The notes under the pieces: model-generated
What the model saw: the letters and a program-made list of their open reading frames with translations, nothing else
Told to the model about the DNA's origin: nothing
The model's database searches: none
Shown here: positions 28,197 through 37,965 of the stretch, piece after piece
How the letters are laid out: each line of letters starts with the position of its first letter
Numbering within the stretch: the first letter of the stretch is position 1
NCBI GenBank assembly: GCA_040768245.1
Contig: JAXGNA010000010.1
Coordinates: 2,372 to 66,371, forward strand
Direction of reading: 5' to 3'
Length of the DNA: 64,000 nt
Source of the DNA: Methanomassiliicoccales archaeon
GTDB lineage: Archaea > Thermoplasmatota > Thermoplasmata > Methanomassiliicoccales > UBA472
Made by a program: the position numbers and the translations under genes

Positions 28197-28388
28197 ATGG
28201 CTGCCAAGAAGAAAGAGGTAAAGAAGGAAACCCCCTCGGCGAAGAAGGACTACTACCAGGCTAAGGGGGAGAAGCTGGAACGGTTGAAGAAGAGCTGCCC
28301 CAAGTGCGGTCCCGGCGTGTTCATGGCCGAGCACAAGGACCGGACGTCCTGCGGCAAGTGCGGATACACCGAGTTCAAGAAGAAGTGA
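28197..28388 (+). CDS. rps27ae: 30S ribosomal protein S27ae
   Basis: [23 protein letters not shown]. Confidence 0.97.
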   Translation: MAAKKKEVKKETPSAKKDYYQAKGEKLERLKKSCPKCGPGVFMAEHKDRTSCGKCGYTEFKKK

Positions 28389-28452
28389 GCTAGTCTCGAT
28401 CTTCCCTTCCCGAGAGGGACGGGCAAAAAGGTCATGGTATCCCGATGACCGC

Positions 28453-28526
28453 GGGCCTGTAGTGTAGCTTGGATATCACTGAAGCCTCCGGAGCTTCGAA
28501 CTGGGGTTCGAATCCCCACAGGCCCG
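28453..28526 (+). tRNA. tRNA-Arg (anticodon CCG), CCA not encoded, no intron
   Basis: Acceptor GGGCCTG/CAGGCCC; anticodon arm GAAGC-CTCCGGA-GCTTC; T arm TGGGG-TTCGAAT-CCCCA. Confidence 0.95.
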
Positions 28527-28579
28527 CCTTAACTCTCTAATCCAACACCTTCTTATCTATCGATCCTGTTCTCCTGGAC

Positions 28580-29746
28580 ATGCAACTCACCATGGAAGAA
28601 CAGGCCATGCTGGCCGGCAAGCAAGGCAAGGCCAAGCGCAAGGCCATGGAGCTTTTGGTTGCCCTCGGGGCCATATACGGTGCCGACCGCCTCATTCCCA
28701 TAACCTCCGCTCATCTTTCCGGCGTATCGTACAAGACCATCGGGGAAGGGGGGATCGATTTCTTGGAGGAGATGGCCTCGGACGGAAAGGTGGTCGTGCC
28801 CACCACCCTTAACCCCATGGGCATGGACGGGGAGCGGTGGAAGGAGATGGGGGTGGACCAGCATTTCGCCGAGAGGCAGCTGCATATCATCTCACTTTAC
28901 GAGAAGATGGGGGTGGAGGTCAACTGCACCTGCACCCCTTACCTGCTGACCAACCGGCCAAAGGTCGGGGACCACATCGCCTGGGCCGAGTCGTCCGCTC
29001 TCTCCTTCGCCAACTCCGTATTGGGTGCTCGCACCAACCGAGAAGGGGGACCGGGGGCGCTGGCCGCGGCCATCACCGGAAGGACGCCCAATTACGGTCT
29101 GCATCTGGACCAGAACCGCAGGCCCACCCATGTGGTGGAGGTCGAACCGGGGATAACCAAGGACGAATGGTCCCTGGTCGGACACGCCGTGGGCAGGAAG
29201 CTTGGCGCGTGCATTCCGTTCTTCCGCGGGCTGGGGAACGATGTCAACGGGCTCAAGTCGCTGGCCGCGGCCATGGCCGCCGCCGGTTCGGTCGCCCTTT
29301 TCATGGTGGAGAAGGTCACGCCGGAACAGCCTTCCTCGCTTGAGGGGCTGCCGGTGGTCAAGATCACCCGTCAGGATATCGAGGAAACGGTGAAGAGGTT
29401 GAGGACCGGGACCAGACCGGACCTCATCGCCATCGGCTGCCCCCATCTCTCGGAAAGGGAGATGAAGGAGCTGGCGGGATTCCTGGACGGAAGGAAGAAG
29501 AAAGGTGACGTGGAGGTGTGGTTCTGCACCTCAAAAGGTGTCTGGCTGCGCTGCCCCAAGGAGAGGGCGGTGCTGGAGCGCTTTGGCAAGGTCCTTTGCG
29601 ACACCTGCATGGTGGTGGCCCCCATCGAAGGGACGCACAAGGTCACCGCCAGCGATTCCGCCAAAGCGTGCGCCTATCTTCCCGGGCTGTGCTCGCAGAA
29701 GGTCTTCTGCGGCTCCCGGCGCGAGCTCATGGAGCTGATACTGTGA
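28580..29746 (+). CDS. Aconitase X catalytic subunit (probable phosphomevalonate dehydratase large subunit, DUF521)
   Basis: AHLSGVSY, TTLNP, CTCTPY, AWAESSA..FANS..GARTNREG, IGCPH, DTCMVVAP. Confidence 0.92.
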   Translation: MQLTMEEQAMLAGKQGKAKRKAMELLVALGAIYGADRLIPITSAHLSGVSYKTIGEGGIDFLEEMASDGKVVVPTTLNPMGMDGERWKEMGVDQHFAERQLHIISLYEKMGVEVNCTCTPYLLTNRPKVGDHIAWAESSALSFANSVLGARTNREGGPGALAAAITGRTPNYGLHLDQNRRPTHVVEVEPGITKDEWSLVGHAVGRKLGACIPFFRGLGNDVNGLKSLAAAMAAAGSVALFMVEKVTPEQPSSLEGLPVVKITRQDIEETVKRLRTGTRPDLIAIGCPHLSEREMKELAGFLDGRKKKGDVEVWFCTSKGVWLRCPKERAVLERFGKVLCDTCMVVAPIEGTHKVTASDSAKACAYLPGLCSQKVFCGSRRELMELIL

Positions 29747-30516
29747 AGCTGAAAGGACGAGAGATTTTCAAGGGAAGGGCGATCGGCCGGCTCCTGGTAC
29801 TTGACGAGGCGTTCAGTTTCCTGGGTGGAGTGGACCCTAAGACCGGACTGCTGACCGTGGCCTCCGGCCGGGAGGGGGAGAGCGTCGAGAACCGCATCCT
29901 GGTGTTCCCGCACGGTAAAGGTTCCACGGTCGGTTCGTACACCATCATGGACCTGAAGAAGAACGGTCATCTGCCGGCGGCCATCGTGAACGCCCAGGCC
30001 GAGACGATCGTGGCCACCGGCGCGGTCATGGCCGGGGTGCCCATGATCGACTCCATCGACCTGTCCTTGCTGAGGGATGGCGACCGGGCGGTGGTCATCG
30101 GGGACGGCCTGGACATGATGGACCTGGTGGAGAAGAAGGTGGTCACCTGCGTGTTGCGCCGAAAGGGAAAGATGCTCATCCTGAAACGCAGTCAGAAGGT
30201 GGGGACCAACAAGGGCAAGTGGGCGGCGGTAAGCGGTTACATTGAGCGTGGGGAGAGGCCGGAGGAGACCGCCCTGAAGGAGGTGGCCGAGGAGACCGGG
30301 ATCTCCACCGCTCGCCTGGAGGGTAGGGCGGAGACCCTGCGTATTCGCGATGGAACTTACGTCTGGAGCATCTACCCTTTCCTGTTCGAGGTGGGCGACG
30401 AGGAGGTCAGGCTGGACTGGGAGCACACCGAGTGCGCCTGGGTCGGCGCGGACGAGCTCCAGGGCTACGATACCGTCCCTGGCTTCAGCAAGGTGCTGGA
30501 GGCGCTGGGACTATAG
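29743..30516 (+). CDS. Aconitase X swivel subunit (DUF126) fused to a C-terminal NUDIX hydrolase
   Basis: GTG start overlapping the upstream stop. SFLGGVDP.TG and GKGSTVGSY, then Nudix box GYIERGERPEETALKEVAEETG and LDWEH. Confidence 0.9.
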   Translation: MKLKGREIFKGRAIGRLLVLDEAFSFLGGVDPKTGLLTVASGREGESVENRILVFPHGKGSTVGSYTIMDLKKNGHLPAAIVNAQAETIVATGAVMAGVPMIDSIDLSLLRDGDRAVVIGDGLDMMDLVEKKVVTCVLRRKGKMLILKRSQKVGTNKGKWAAVSGYIERGERPEETALKEVAEETGISTARLEGRAETLRIRDGTYVWSIYPFLFEVGDEEVRLDWEHTECAWVGADELQGYDTVPGFSKVLEALGL

Positions 30517-33500
30517 TGTCCCGTCCACTTCCTTCTCCAGCAGGTTCAGCTCGTTGGCGTCCAGGGTGGATGGGTTCAGCACCATCATCATGATGGAGTT
30601 GTTTATGGCCACCTGGTCCCTCAACGACTGGACGAAGCGCAGCACGGTGAGGAAGTTATTGTTGGTGATCAGATACTCCAGACCATCCAGCAGCACCACC
30701 CCCTGGCCCTGGGTAAGGAACTGTTCCAGGGAATAGTTCAGCTTCTCCAGGTCCTTGGGGCGCAGGCTGTCCTCCTTGCCCACGTTGCTCAGCCAGACGA
30801 TCGGCGTCTCCCCGAGTTCGTACTTGCCACGGATCTTGACCGGGTAGTTGCGGGTGATGCAGAATCCCCGTTTCCCCTTCTTCAGCTGTTCCATGAACAG
30901 CTCGTAGGAACGGTCCGAGCGGTCGTCCTTGATCAGGTAGCTGTACCCGTCCTGTAATCCCTGCGGCTTGGGCGCTTCCGCCTCCTCCTCCACCGCCTCA
31001 ATGCGCAGCGATGTGCCGCAGGAAGGGCAGTTCAGGTCCTTGGCGGTGACCTCCCGTCCGCACTTGGCGCAGGTGGAGCAGCGTTGGAAGCCTCCCTCGG
31101 CCACGTACTTGAGTATCTCGTCGATGGTCTTGCTTCCCAGCCCGGGAACGTTCTTCAGCTCGTCCCTATCGGCCGCCTGCAGTCTGTCCAGGGAATCATA
31201 GCCAGCGTCGTATAGCATCTCCGCCTTGAGCTCGTTCATCCTAGGTATCCGCAGGAGGTAGGGCGTCATCTCCGCCTTGTCCATGGTCTTGCCGGTCCCC
31301 TCCGGGACGGCCTTGCAGACCTCGGCCGTACGATCGGAATGATGCAGCGCCCGGCGAACCTCGGCCTTGGGCAGTTTGGTGATCTCCTCCACCTTGTCCT
31401 CGCCCAGCTGCTTGAGGTCGGCCTCGGAGCGGACGCCGGCGTCCACCAGGGACTCGGCGGCCTTGGCGGTTATCCCGGGTATCTTGGCCAGTTCCTTGAT
31501 GGAATCCTTGAGGTTCATGGAGGAGACGCCTATCTCCACCTTCTCGCCCTCGATCTCCCACTTTCCGACCTGGTCGCCATGGACCTCCATGACCAGCTCC
31601 ATGGACTTGGAGCGCACCTCGGACATGATGTGCTGCTTCCACATCTTGATGTACTCGGCGAGCTTGACGTCGGCGCGGACCTCCACCTTGACGAACTCCT
31701 CGACGTCAAGTTTCATCTCCTTGCGGGTCTGCTGCACCCGGCGGATGATCTCCCTGGAGAAGCCCTCGGCCTCGATCTCCCGGGTGACCTCGAAGTCCAG
31801 ATACAGCTCGCCGCCGCTGAAGGTGGCGGCGTAGACGTCCTTTGGCAAAGAGACTGTGAAGGAGACCATGTTCGGCTCGATCTTGACCAGCTGCCCCTCA
31901 ATGCCTAGCGAATACTCTCCACGCTGCATGCTCTCCTTGATCAGACCGGCCGGCCGGCTCTGCAGCAGCACCGCGATCTTGGAGGCCCATTGCCTATAGA
32001 CCTTCCCGATGGCCATGGGGTTCGGGACCACGTTGAGCACGGTCTCCGACCACTCCTCGCCAGTGCCTACGTACTCCACCTCCTTGACGTTGGCCTGGGA
32101 CTTGAGTATGTCCTCCAGGGCACGCAATGAGAGCAGCGTGTCGTTGCTGTCGACCTTGATCACCACCCTCTTCATCGGCCAGCGCAGCTTGACGTTCTTC
32201 AGCTGCCTTTCCCGGGTGACGGTCTCCACGATCTCCTGGACCATGGACATCGCCTTCTCCAAGCGCTCGTCCACCTTGGTCAGGTCGCTGGTCGGCCAGT
32301 CCATCATGTGCACCGACGGTTTGGAGCCGTCCATGTGCTGGTAGATCTCCTCTGCCAGGTGCGGGCATATGGGGGCCAGCAAAAGTGTGGTCTCCATTAT
32401 CGCGTCGTAGAGCGTGCGATAGGCGGCCAGCTTGCCGGCGTCGCCCTCCTCGCTCCACATGCGGTCACGAATAAGTCTGACGTACCATCTGGACAGGTCG
32501 TCAAGTATGTACTCTTCGAGCGCCCTCCCGGCCTTGTGCAGCTCCAGGGCGTTCACCTGGCGGGTGAACTCGTTCTTGAGCTTCTCGGTCCGAGATATTA
32601 GCCAGACGTCCTCCTGGTTAAGATGTGCCCGCACCGCCTCCCTGGTGATGCGCTGCGGCTCGAAATGATCGATCGCCATGTAAGTGGTGGCGAAGTTGAC
32701 CACGTTCCAGAGCACGTTCAGCGTCTTGCGGGCGTTCTTGACCCCCTCCATCTGGAACGGGATGTCCTCCCACGGTGCGGAGGTCTTCAGCAGATAGAAG
32801 CGCAGGGCGTCCGCGCCGTGCTCCTTGATCACCTTTCCCGGTTCCACGACGTTGCCCTTGCTCTTGGACATCGGCTGGCCCTGACCGTCCAGCATCCAGC
32901 CGTGCATCAGCACCGATTCGTAAGGAGCTCTGCCGAAGGCGATGACCCCGGCCGCGAGCTGTGAATAGAACCATCCTCGCGTTTGATCGTGGGCCTCCAC
33001 GATGAACTTGGCCGGCCACAATCGTTCGAAGGCGTCCCGCTTCTTGGGGAAGCCCAGCTGCGCCCAGGAGGCCACGGCGGAATCGAACCATACGTCCAGG
33101 ACGTCCGGCACCCGGCCCATCTTGCCACCGCACTTCGGGCAGACCAGCTTGACCGAGTCGATCCAGGGGCGATGCAGCTCCATGTCCTCCACGTAGCCTT
33201 CCGCGCCCTTGAGCTCATCGGCCATGCCGATGACCCTCATCTCCCCGCAGGAGCAGGTCCAGACCGGTATGGGTATTCCCCAGTACCGCTGCCGGGAGAT
33301 GCACCAGTCGCGGGCGTTCATGGCCCAGTCGTATTCCCGGGACGAGCCGGCCCAGTCCGGGGTCCAGCGGACCTTCTCGATCTCCTCCAGCATCTGGTTC
33401 TTGACCTGGGTGACCCGCAGGAACCACTGGTCGGTGGTCCTGAAGAGCACGGGCGATTTGCAGCGCCAGCAATGTCCGAAACGATGCTCTATGGTCCCGC

Positions 33501-34671
33501 TGAAGAACAGACGGTCATTGGCCTCCAGGTCCTTGAGCAGTTCCGGGTTGGCCTTCTTGATATGCATGCCCACGTACTTGCTTCCCACCAGGGGCGTGTA
33601 CACCCCCGTTTCGTCCACGGGGCAGAACGGTTCGAGCCCGAACTCCTTGCCCAGCTCGAAGTCCTCGGGGCCGTGGCCAGGGGCGATGTGCACCAGGCCG
33701 GTGTTGGAGGCCTCGACGGTCTTGGAGGGGAGCACCTTGTGCATCCACTTGCCGGTGGCCTGCGTCTGGTAAGGCACCTCGTCCACGAAGGGGGTGATGT
33801 ACTCCACCCCGACCAGGTCGTCTCCCTGGATGGTCTGCAGCACCTCGTACCTCTCCCAACCTCCCAGGTCCTTGATCTCCTCTTCCAGCCCCTTCATTAT
33901 GATCACCGTGTCGGTGACCCCTATCTTCCGGTAGCGGACCTTGACGTACTCGAAGTCCGGATGGGCGGCCACGGCGAGGTTCGCTGGCAGCGTCCAGGGG
34001 GTGGTGGTCCAAATCAGCAAAGAGACCTTGGGGTCATCCTTCAGGCGGAACTTGACGTATATGGACGGGTCCTTCTCGTCCCAGTAGTCGATCTCCGCCT
34101 CGGCCAGGGCGGTCTCGCAGCGCGGGCAGCCAGGAAGCACCCGGCTGGCGCTTATCAGCAGCCCTTTATCGTAAGCGCGCTTGAGCGTCCACCAGGCCGC
34201 CTCGATGTAGCCCGGGGTGATGGTGAGGTACGGCCGCTCCCAGTCGAACCACACGCCAAGCTCCTTGAAGTCGGCGTTCATCTGCTTCTGGAAGTCCAGG
34301 GCGAAGTTCTTGCAGGTGCCGACGAAGCGGTCGATGCCGTACTCCTCGATCTCCTTCTTGTTCTTCACGCCGATGGACTTCTCCACCTTGACCTCGATGG
34401 GCAGCCCATGCATGTCGTAACCAGGAGTGTCGGTTACGTTGAACCTCTGCATGCGCTTGAACCGGACGATCATGTCCTTGATCGTCTTGTTCATCGCCGT
34501 GCCCAGATGGATATATCCAGTGGTGTACGGGGGTCCGTCCACGAAATAGAAGTCCGGACCGGACGCCCGAAGTTCCTTGGTCTTCTTGTACGCGTCGGTC
34601 TCCGCCCAGAGGGCCTGCACCGACTTTTCCAGCGCGCTAGGGTTGTAACTGCCTTGGACCTGCTTTATCAT
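30511..34671 (-). CDS. ileS: Isoleucyl-tRNA synthetase with long C-terminal extension (HhH pairs, zinc ribbon, DUF835-like domain)
   Basis: DGPPY..G.IHLG, GYDMHGLPIE, WTTTPWTLP.N, GTG.VH.APGHG, DWCISRQRYWG, PMSKS; about 330 extra aa after the normal C-terminus. Confidence 0.96.
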   Translation of the reverse strand: MIKQVQGSYNPSALEKSVQALWAETDAYKKTKELRASGPDFYFVDGPPYTTGYIHLGTAMNKTIKDMIVRFKRMQRFNVTDTPGYDMHGLPIEVKVEKSIGVKNKKEIEEYGIDRFVGTCKNFALDFQKQMNADFKELGVWFDWERPYLTITPGYIEAAWWTLKRAYDKGLLISASRVLPGCPRCETALAEAEIDYWDEKDPSIYVKFRLKDDPKVSLLIWTTTPWTLPANLAVAAHPDFEYVKVRYRKIGVTDTVIIMKGLEEEIKDLGGWERYEVLQTIQGDDLVGVEYITPFVDEVPYQTQATGKWMHKVLPSKTVEASNTGLVHIAPGHGPEDFELGKEFGLEPFCPVDETGVYTPLVGSKYVGMHIKKANPELLKDLEANDRLFFSGTIEHRFGHCWRCKSPVLFRTTDQWFLRVTQVKNQMLEEIEKVRWTPDWAGSSREYDWAMNARDWCISRQRYWGIPIPVWTCSCGEMRVIGMADELKGAEGYVEDMELHRPWIDSVKLVCPKCGGKMGRVPDVLDVWFDSAVASWAQLGFPKKRDAFERLWPAKFIVEAHDQTRGWFYSQLAAGVIAFGRAPYESVLMHGWMLDGQGQPMSKSKGNVVEPGKVIKEHGADALRFYLLKTSAPWEDIPFQMEGVKNARKTLNVLWNVVNFATTYMAIDHFEPQRITREAVRAHLNQEDVWLISRTEKLKNEFTRQVNALELHKAGRALEEYILDDLSRWYVRLIRDRMWSEEGDAGKLAAYRTLYDAIMETTLLLAPICPHLAEEIYQHMDGSKPSVHMMDWPTSDLTKVDERLEKAMSMVQEIVETVTRERQLKNVKLRWPMKRVVIKVDSNDTLLSLRALEDILKSQANVKEVEYVGTGEEWSETVLNVVPNPMAIGKVYRQWASKIAVLLQSRPAGLIKESMQRGEYSLGIEGQLVKIEPNMVSFTVSLPKDVYAATFSGGELYLDFEVTREIEAEGFSREIIRRVQQTRKEMKLDVEEFVKVEVRADVKLAEYIKMWKQHIMSEVRSKSMELVMEVHGDQVGKWEIEGEKVEIGVSSMNLKDSIKELAKIPGITAKAAESLVDAGVRSEADLKQLGEDKVEEITKLPKAEVRRALHHSDRTAEVCKAVPEGTGKTMDKAEMTPYLLRIPRMNELKAEMLYDAGYDSLDRLQAADRDELKNVPGLGSKTIDEILKYVAEGGFQRCSTCAKCGREVTAKDLNCPSCGTSLRIEAVEEEAEAPKPQGLQDGYSYLIKDDRSDRSYELFMEQLKKGKRGFCITRNYPVKIRGKYELGETPIVWLSNVGKEDSLRPKDLEKLNYSLEQFLTQGQGVVLLDGLEYLITNNNFLTVLRFVQSLRDQVAINNSIMMMVLNPSTLDANELNLLEKEVDGTL

Positions 34672-34754
34672 CGCCGTCCCTTTAGGCCCCTATTGGCCAA
34701 CTTCCTTTTAAACCCGTTGGTCCTGGCTACACTTTTCTGCGGCATCCCGCAGGC

Positions 34755-35760
34755 TCAAAACATGTCGAGCCGCATTTTGGTCCTTCTTCGCTACTGAGGA
34801 GAACTTGTCCAACGCCCCGTTCCCGTTTCTCGGAGAACCCATACTCCCCGCAGAGCATGTCCAGCACCTTCTGGCGGTCAGGCTGGCTCCAGACCAGGCG
34901 ATAATCGTCGGTGCGTTCGTAGTCCAGGAAGATCGACCACCACCTTCTCCATCTCCCGTCCTCCATGCCCAGCGAGCGCAAGTGCGCCGGCCAGGGTCCC
35001 ATGCTGTTTGATCAGTTTTAGCGCCTTCTTCGGCCCGATGCCCATCACCCCGGGATTGAAGTCCGTACCCACCAGGATGCATAGGTCGACCAGCTGCTTT
35101 CCGTTCAGCCCCAAGGCGGACAGCGTCTCCTCGCGGTCGATGATCTGCATGCGAACCTCGCGGTACTCGTCCCTCCCGGGCATCTTGCGTCTTCCCGACA
35201 GGGGTAAGGTTCCTGACCAGCCGAGGCGCGCCGAACAGCAACGAATCGAAGTCCTGGGGAGGCCGAGGCCCAGACGTCGCCCTTGACGCACATGTGGGCG
35301 GCCTGCGCCTCCCCTTCCTCGGGGGCCTGCGCCACCGGTATGCCGAGATGGGTGAGCAGGATGCGCGACGATTCCACGATCTCGTTGGTGATGCGGGAGG
35401 ACTGGGTGGCCTTTGAATAGGCTCTCCGCACATCGCCCTCGGCCTTGGCCTGCTCCCATTCCTTCTTCGCCGCCTCCCTCCTTTCCCGGCGCTCCTCGGG
35501 ATGGTGGCACCTTCTTCTCCCGGCGGGATGCCATCGAACACCAGGCGGGCCGCAGACCCATCTCCATCAGGTTGGCGTTGCGGTTGAGCAGTCCCTCCAG
35601 GTGCGAGGTTATCCTACCCCGGGGGTCCATCAACGGGGTTCCGTCCCTTCATCACCGACAGGAACAGATCGCGTGGCGCCCTGGCCGCCGTCCTGCCCAT
35701 GAGGTCCCGCGGCTCCAGGTCCTTGGCCGTGACGAGGTCGGATAGGTTCCTCCCCGGGAA
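34755..35760 (-). pseudogene. fen: Flap endonuclease 1, broken by many indels (probably a sequence error, not a true pseudogene)
   Basis: Fragments in alternating frames: NLSDLV, GTPLMD..GRITSHL.GL, QAPEEGEAQAA, QDFDSLLFGAPRLVRNLT, LVDLCILVGTDFNPG..GIGPKKALKLIK, C-terminal PIP-like QMRLDMF*. Confidence 0.85.
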
Positions 35761-35819
35761 TCGGAGAGGTTATCTCTCTCGGCCATAAAGTTATTGTCCA
35801 AGTCACGAATGATTTCAAC

Positions 35820-36026
35820 ATGCGCGACGAGCACGGCGAGCCCGGAAGAGGCCGGTGGCGGAAGGCCAGATCTGAGGTGACCATAACCGATATCGGGGAG
35901 CGGGGCGACGGGATCGGCAAGATAGAAGGTCTGGTGATAATCGTCCCCGATGCCACTCCGGGAGAGACGGTCAAGGTGCGCATCTCCCGGGTGGAACGGA
36001 AAGTGGCGTTCGGCCGGAAGGTCTGA
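35820..36026 (+). CDS. Single TRAM-domain RNA chaperone (5' part frameshifted)
   Basis: EVTITDIGERGDGIGKIEGLVIIVP....GETVKVRI. The expected PVAEGQI(Y) lies in another frame just upstream. Confidence 0.85.
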   Translation: MRDEHGEPGRGRWRKARSEVTITDIGERGDGIGKIEGLVIIVPDATPGETVKVRISRVERKVAFGRKV

Positions 36027-36200
36027 TCAGTTCTCGGACTTGGGCAGATAGAGCATGGTGAGCCCCATGCCCAGCCAGATAATGGTCAGCATGATGACCC
36101 AGATGCTGGGAGTGATCAACAGGGCGGCTAATAGGAACAACAGCGGGGCGATGACGGTGAGGAAAATCACCATCTGCCTTCCAGACATCTTCATGTACAT
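36027..36200 (-). CDS. Small two-TM membrane protein (57 aa, absent from ORF track)
   Basis: MYMKMSGRQMVIFLTVIAPLLFLLAALLITPSIWVIMLTIIWLGMGLTMLYLPKSEN*; exactly fills the gap between neighbouring genes. Confidence 0.65.
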   Translation of the reverse strand: MYMKMSGRQMVIFLTVIAPLLFLLAALLITPSIWVIMLTIIWLGMGLTMLYLPKSEN

Positions 36201-36243
36201 CGAACCCCGGATAGCCGACCTTTCGATATGAACTTTCCTGCGC

Positions 36244-36654
36244 TCAGTCCAGTTCCTTCTTCTTGTTCACGAACTTGATCCCGGCCCAGTCCTCGTCCAA
36301 GGAGGAGATCTTGACCTCGGCCATGCCGTGTCCGGTTCCGACCTCCCGGACGGTGACCCCGGTAAGGTCGGAATCGATCTTCGAGGAGGTCCTGGGGTAG
36401 GATATCCAGAATATGCCCTCCTTCTTCAATGTGCGCATGAGCTTGGGGAACTCCTTGCGCAGCTCATCCTCGGAGGAGGTGAAGAGCTGTATGAAGTCCA
36501 GGTCGCTGTCGCCACTGCCGGCCTCGACCACGTTCTTAGGGAGGCGTCCCAGGGCCATGTCGTACTTGGAAGGGGCGTTGATGATGCGAATCCTCTGACC
36601 TTCCTTAATTCCCAGCTTGGCCACCAGTGATTTCTTTGAACCTATTCGAGCCAT
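36244..36654 (-). CDS. DUF3052-like protein
   Basis: L..KLGIK, WISYP...SK..SDL, GM.EVK....DEDW.G.KF. Confidence 0.75.
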   Translation of the reverse strand: MARIGSKKSLVAKLGIKEGQRIRIINAPSKYDMALGRLPKNVVEAGSGDSDLDFIQLFTSSEDELRKEFPKLMRTLKKEGIFWISYPRTSSKIDSDLTGVTVREVGTGHGMAEVKISSLDEDWAGIKFVNKKKELD

Positions 36655-36758
36655 GATCGGACCATTCCCACGATTTGTATAACCCTATCGTTTAAATACG
36701 ACAAGGTTTGCCCTAGATTTCGATTCACCATTATTATACTTGCTATTGGAAAACGCCT

Positions 36759-37406
36759 TTAATACTTGTGCCAAAGGTCGATCTCCGCCCCCATGTCCTT
36801 GGCCTTGAACAGGGCCGAACCGGCGGCCAGCACGGTGGCGCCGTTCTCCACGCACAGCTTTCCGGTCTCCCGGTTGATGCCCCCGTCGATGACGATCTCG
36901 AAATCCAGCCTTTTCTCGTCCCTGATCCGGCGCGCCTGGGAGATCTTGGGCAGCACCTCCGACCGGAAGGATTGCCCGCCGAAACCGGGCTGAACGGTCA
37001 TCACCAGCAGCAGGTCGATGTCCTCTAGGTAGGGTTCCACCTTGGCCAGCTCGGTGTCGGGGTTCAGGGATATGCCGGCCTTCATGCCCAGGCGCCGGAT
37101 GTGGGATAGAACCCCCTTGACGTCGTGGGTGGCCTCCACATGCACCGTGAGGTAGTCAGCACCGCACTCGGCGAAGCGTTCCACGTACCTCTCGGGCATC
37201 TCGATCATCAGATGCACGTCGAAAGGGATCTTGGCGTGCGGGCGCAGGGCCTTGATCACCTCCGGCCCGATGGTCAGGTTGGGAACGAAAACGCCGTCCA
37301 TGACATCCACGTGCACCCAGTCTGCCTTGGCCGCCTCGACCCGGCGTACCTCCTCGCCCAAGCGGGCGAAATCGGCGGAAAGTATCGATGGAGCTACCTT
37401 GACCAT
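36759..37406 (-). CDS. rpe: Ribulose-phosphate 3-epimerase
   Basis: APSILSADF, HVDVMDG.FVPNLT.G, DVHLM, MTV.PGFGGQ, DGGIN. Confidence 0.97.
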   Translation of the reverse strand: MVKVAPSILSADFARLGEEVRRVEAAKADWVHVDVMDGVFVPNLTIGPEVIKALRPHAKIPFDVHLMIEMPERYVERFAECGADYLTVHVEATHDVKGVLSHIRRLGMKAGISLNPDTELAKVEPYLEDIDLLLVMTVQPGFGGQSFRSEVLPKISQARRIRDEKRLDFEIVIDGGINRETGKLCVENGATVLAAGSALFKAKDMGAEIDLWHKY

Positions 37407-37466
37407 GATGAGACCTCGGAACGGTCTGGAGATGGCCCCCAGGCTAAAAATACTTTGGATTGACGG

Positions 37467-37883
37467 TCACGGGACCAGCAGCAGCGGAACCTTGATGTTC
37501 TGGCTGACCTGGCCGGACACTCCTCCCAGGGATATGGACGGCGAGCTTCCCGATCCCTTTCTGCCCATGACCACCAGATGATGCTTCGCGGACTTCTTCA
37601 GTATCACCTCGGCCGGATTCCCGGTCAGGACGCTCAGGCAGTGGTCCACTCCCGCCTCCTTGAGGATCGAGGCGGCGGCGCTCGATCTAGCCTTGGCGAT
37701 AGCATCCACGTCGCATACCGGGGAGGTCTTCTCCACGAAGTAGTCGCAGTCCATGGGCGTCACCACCACCAGCAAGGTGATGTAGGCGTCAGCCGATACC
37801 AGCAGGTCGCGGGCCATCTCCACCGCCCTCAGGGAGTTGTCCGAACCGTCAACGCAGACCAGGACCTTGCGTCTGTCGTTCAT
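37467..37883 (-). CDS. Universal stress protein
   Basis: VLVCVDGS..S.RA, G.PAE.I, VMG.KG, LGGVS. Confidence 0.9.
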   Translation of the reverse strand: MNDRRKVLVCVDGSDNSLRAVEMARDLLVSADAYITLLVVVTPMDCDYFVEKTSPVCDVDAIAKARSSAAASILKEAGVDHCLSVLTGNPAEVILKKSAKHHLVVMGRKGSGSSPSISLGGVSGQVSQNIKVPLLLVP

Positions 37884-37965
37884 ATTGTTCGATTCATCGT
37901 TGAGGCAATAAGCATATCCCCGGAGGGGGCAATCCTATTATATCCGTAAGGGAGGTTCCAGGTCC

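Noticed and set aside
28453-28580. tRNA-Arg as a possible integration site
   Set aside because: I saw no duplicated tRNA 3' end, integrase or compositional shift; housekeeping genes follow directly.
34755-35760. Programmed frameshifting or editing to express fen1
   Set aside because: Too many shifts, with whole codons missing and damage extending into a gene on the other strand.
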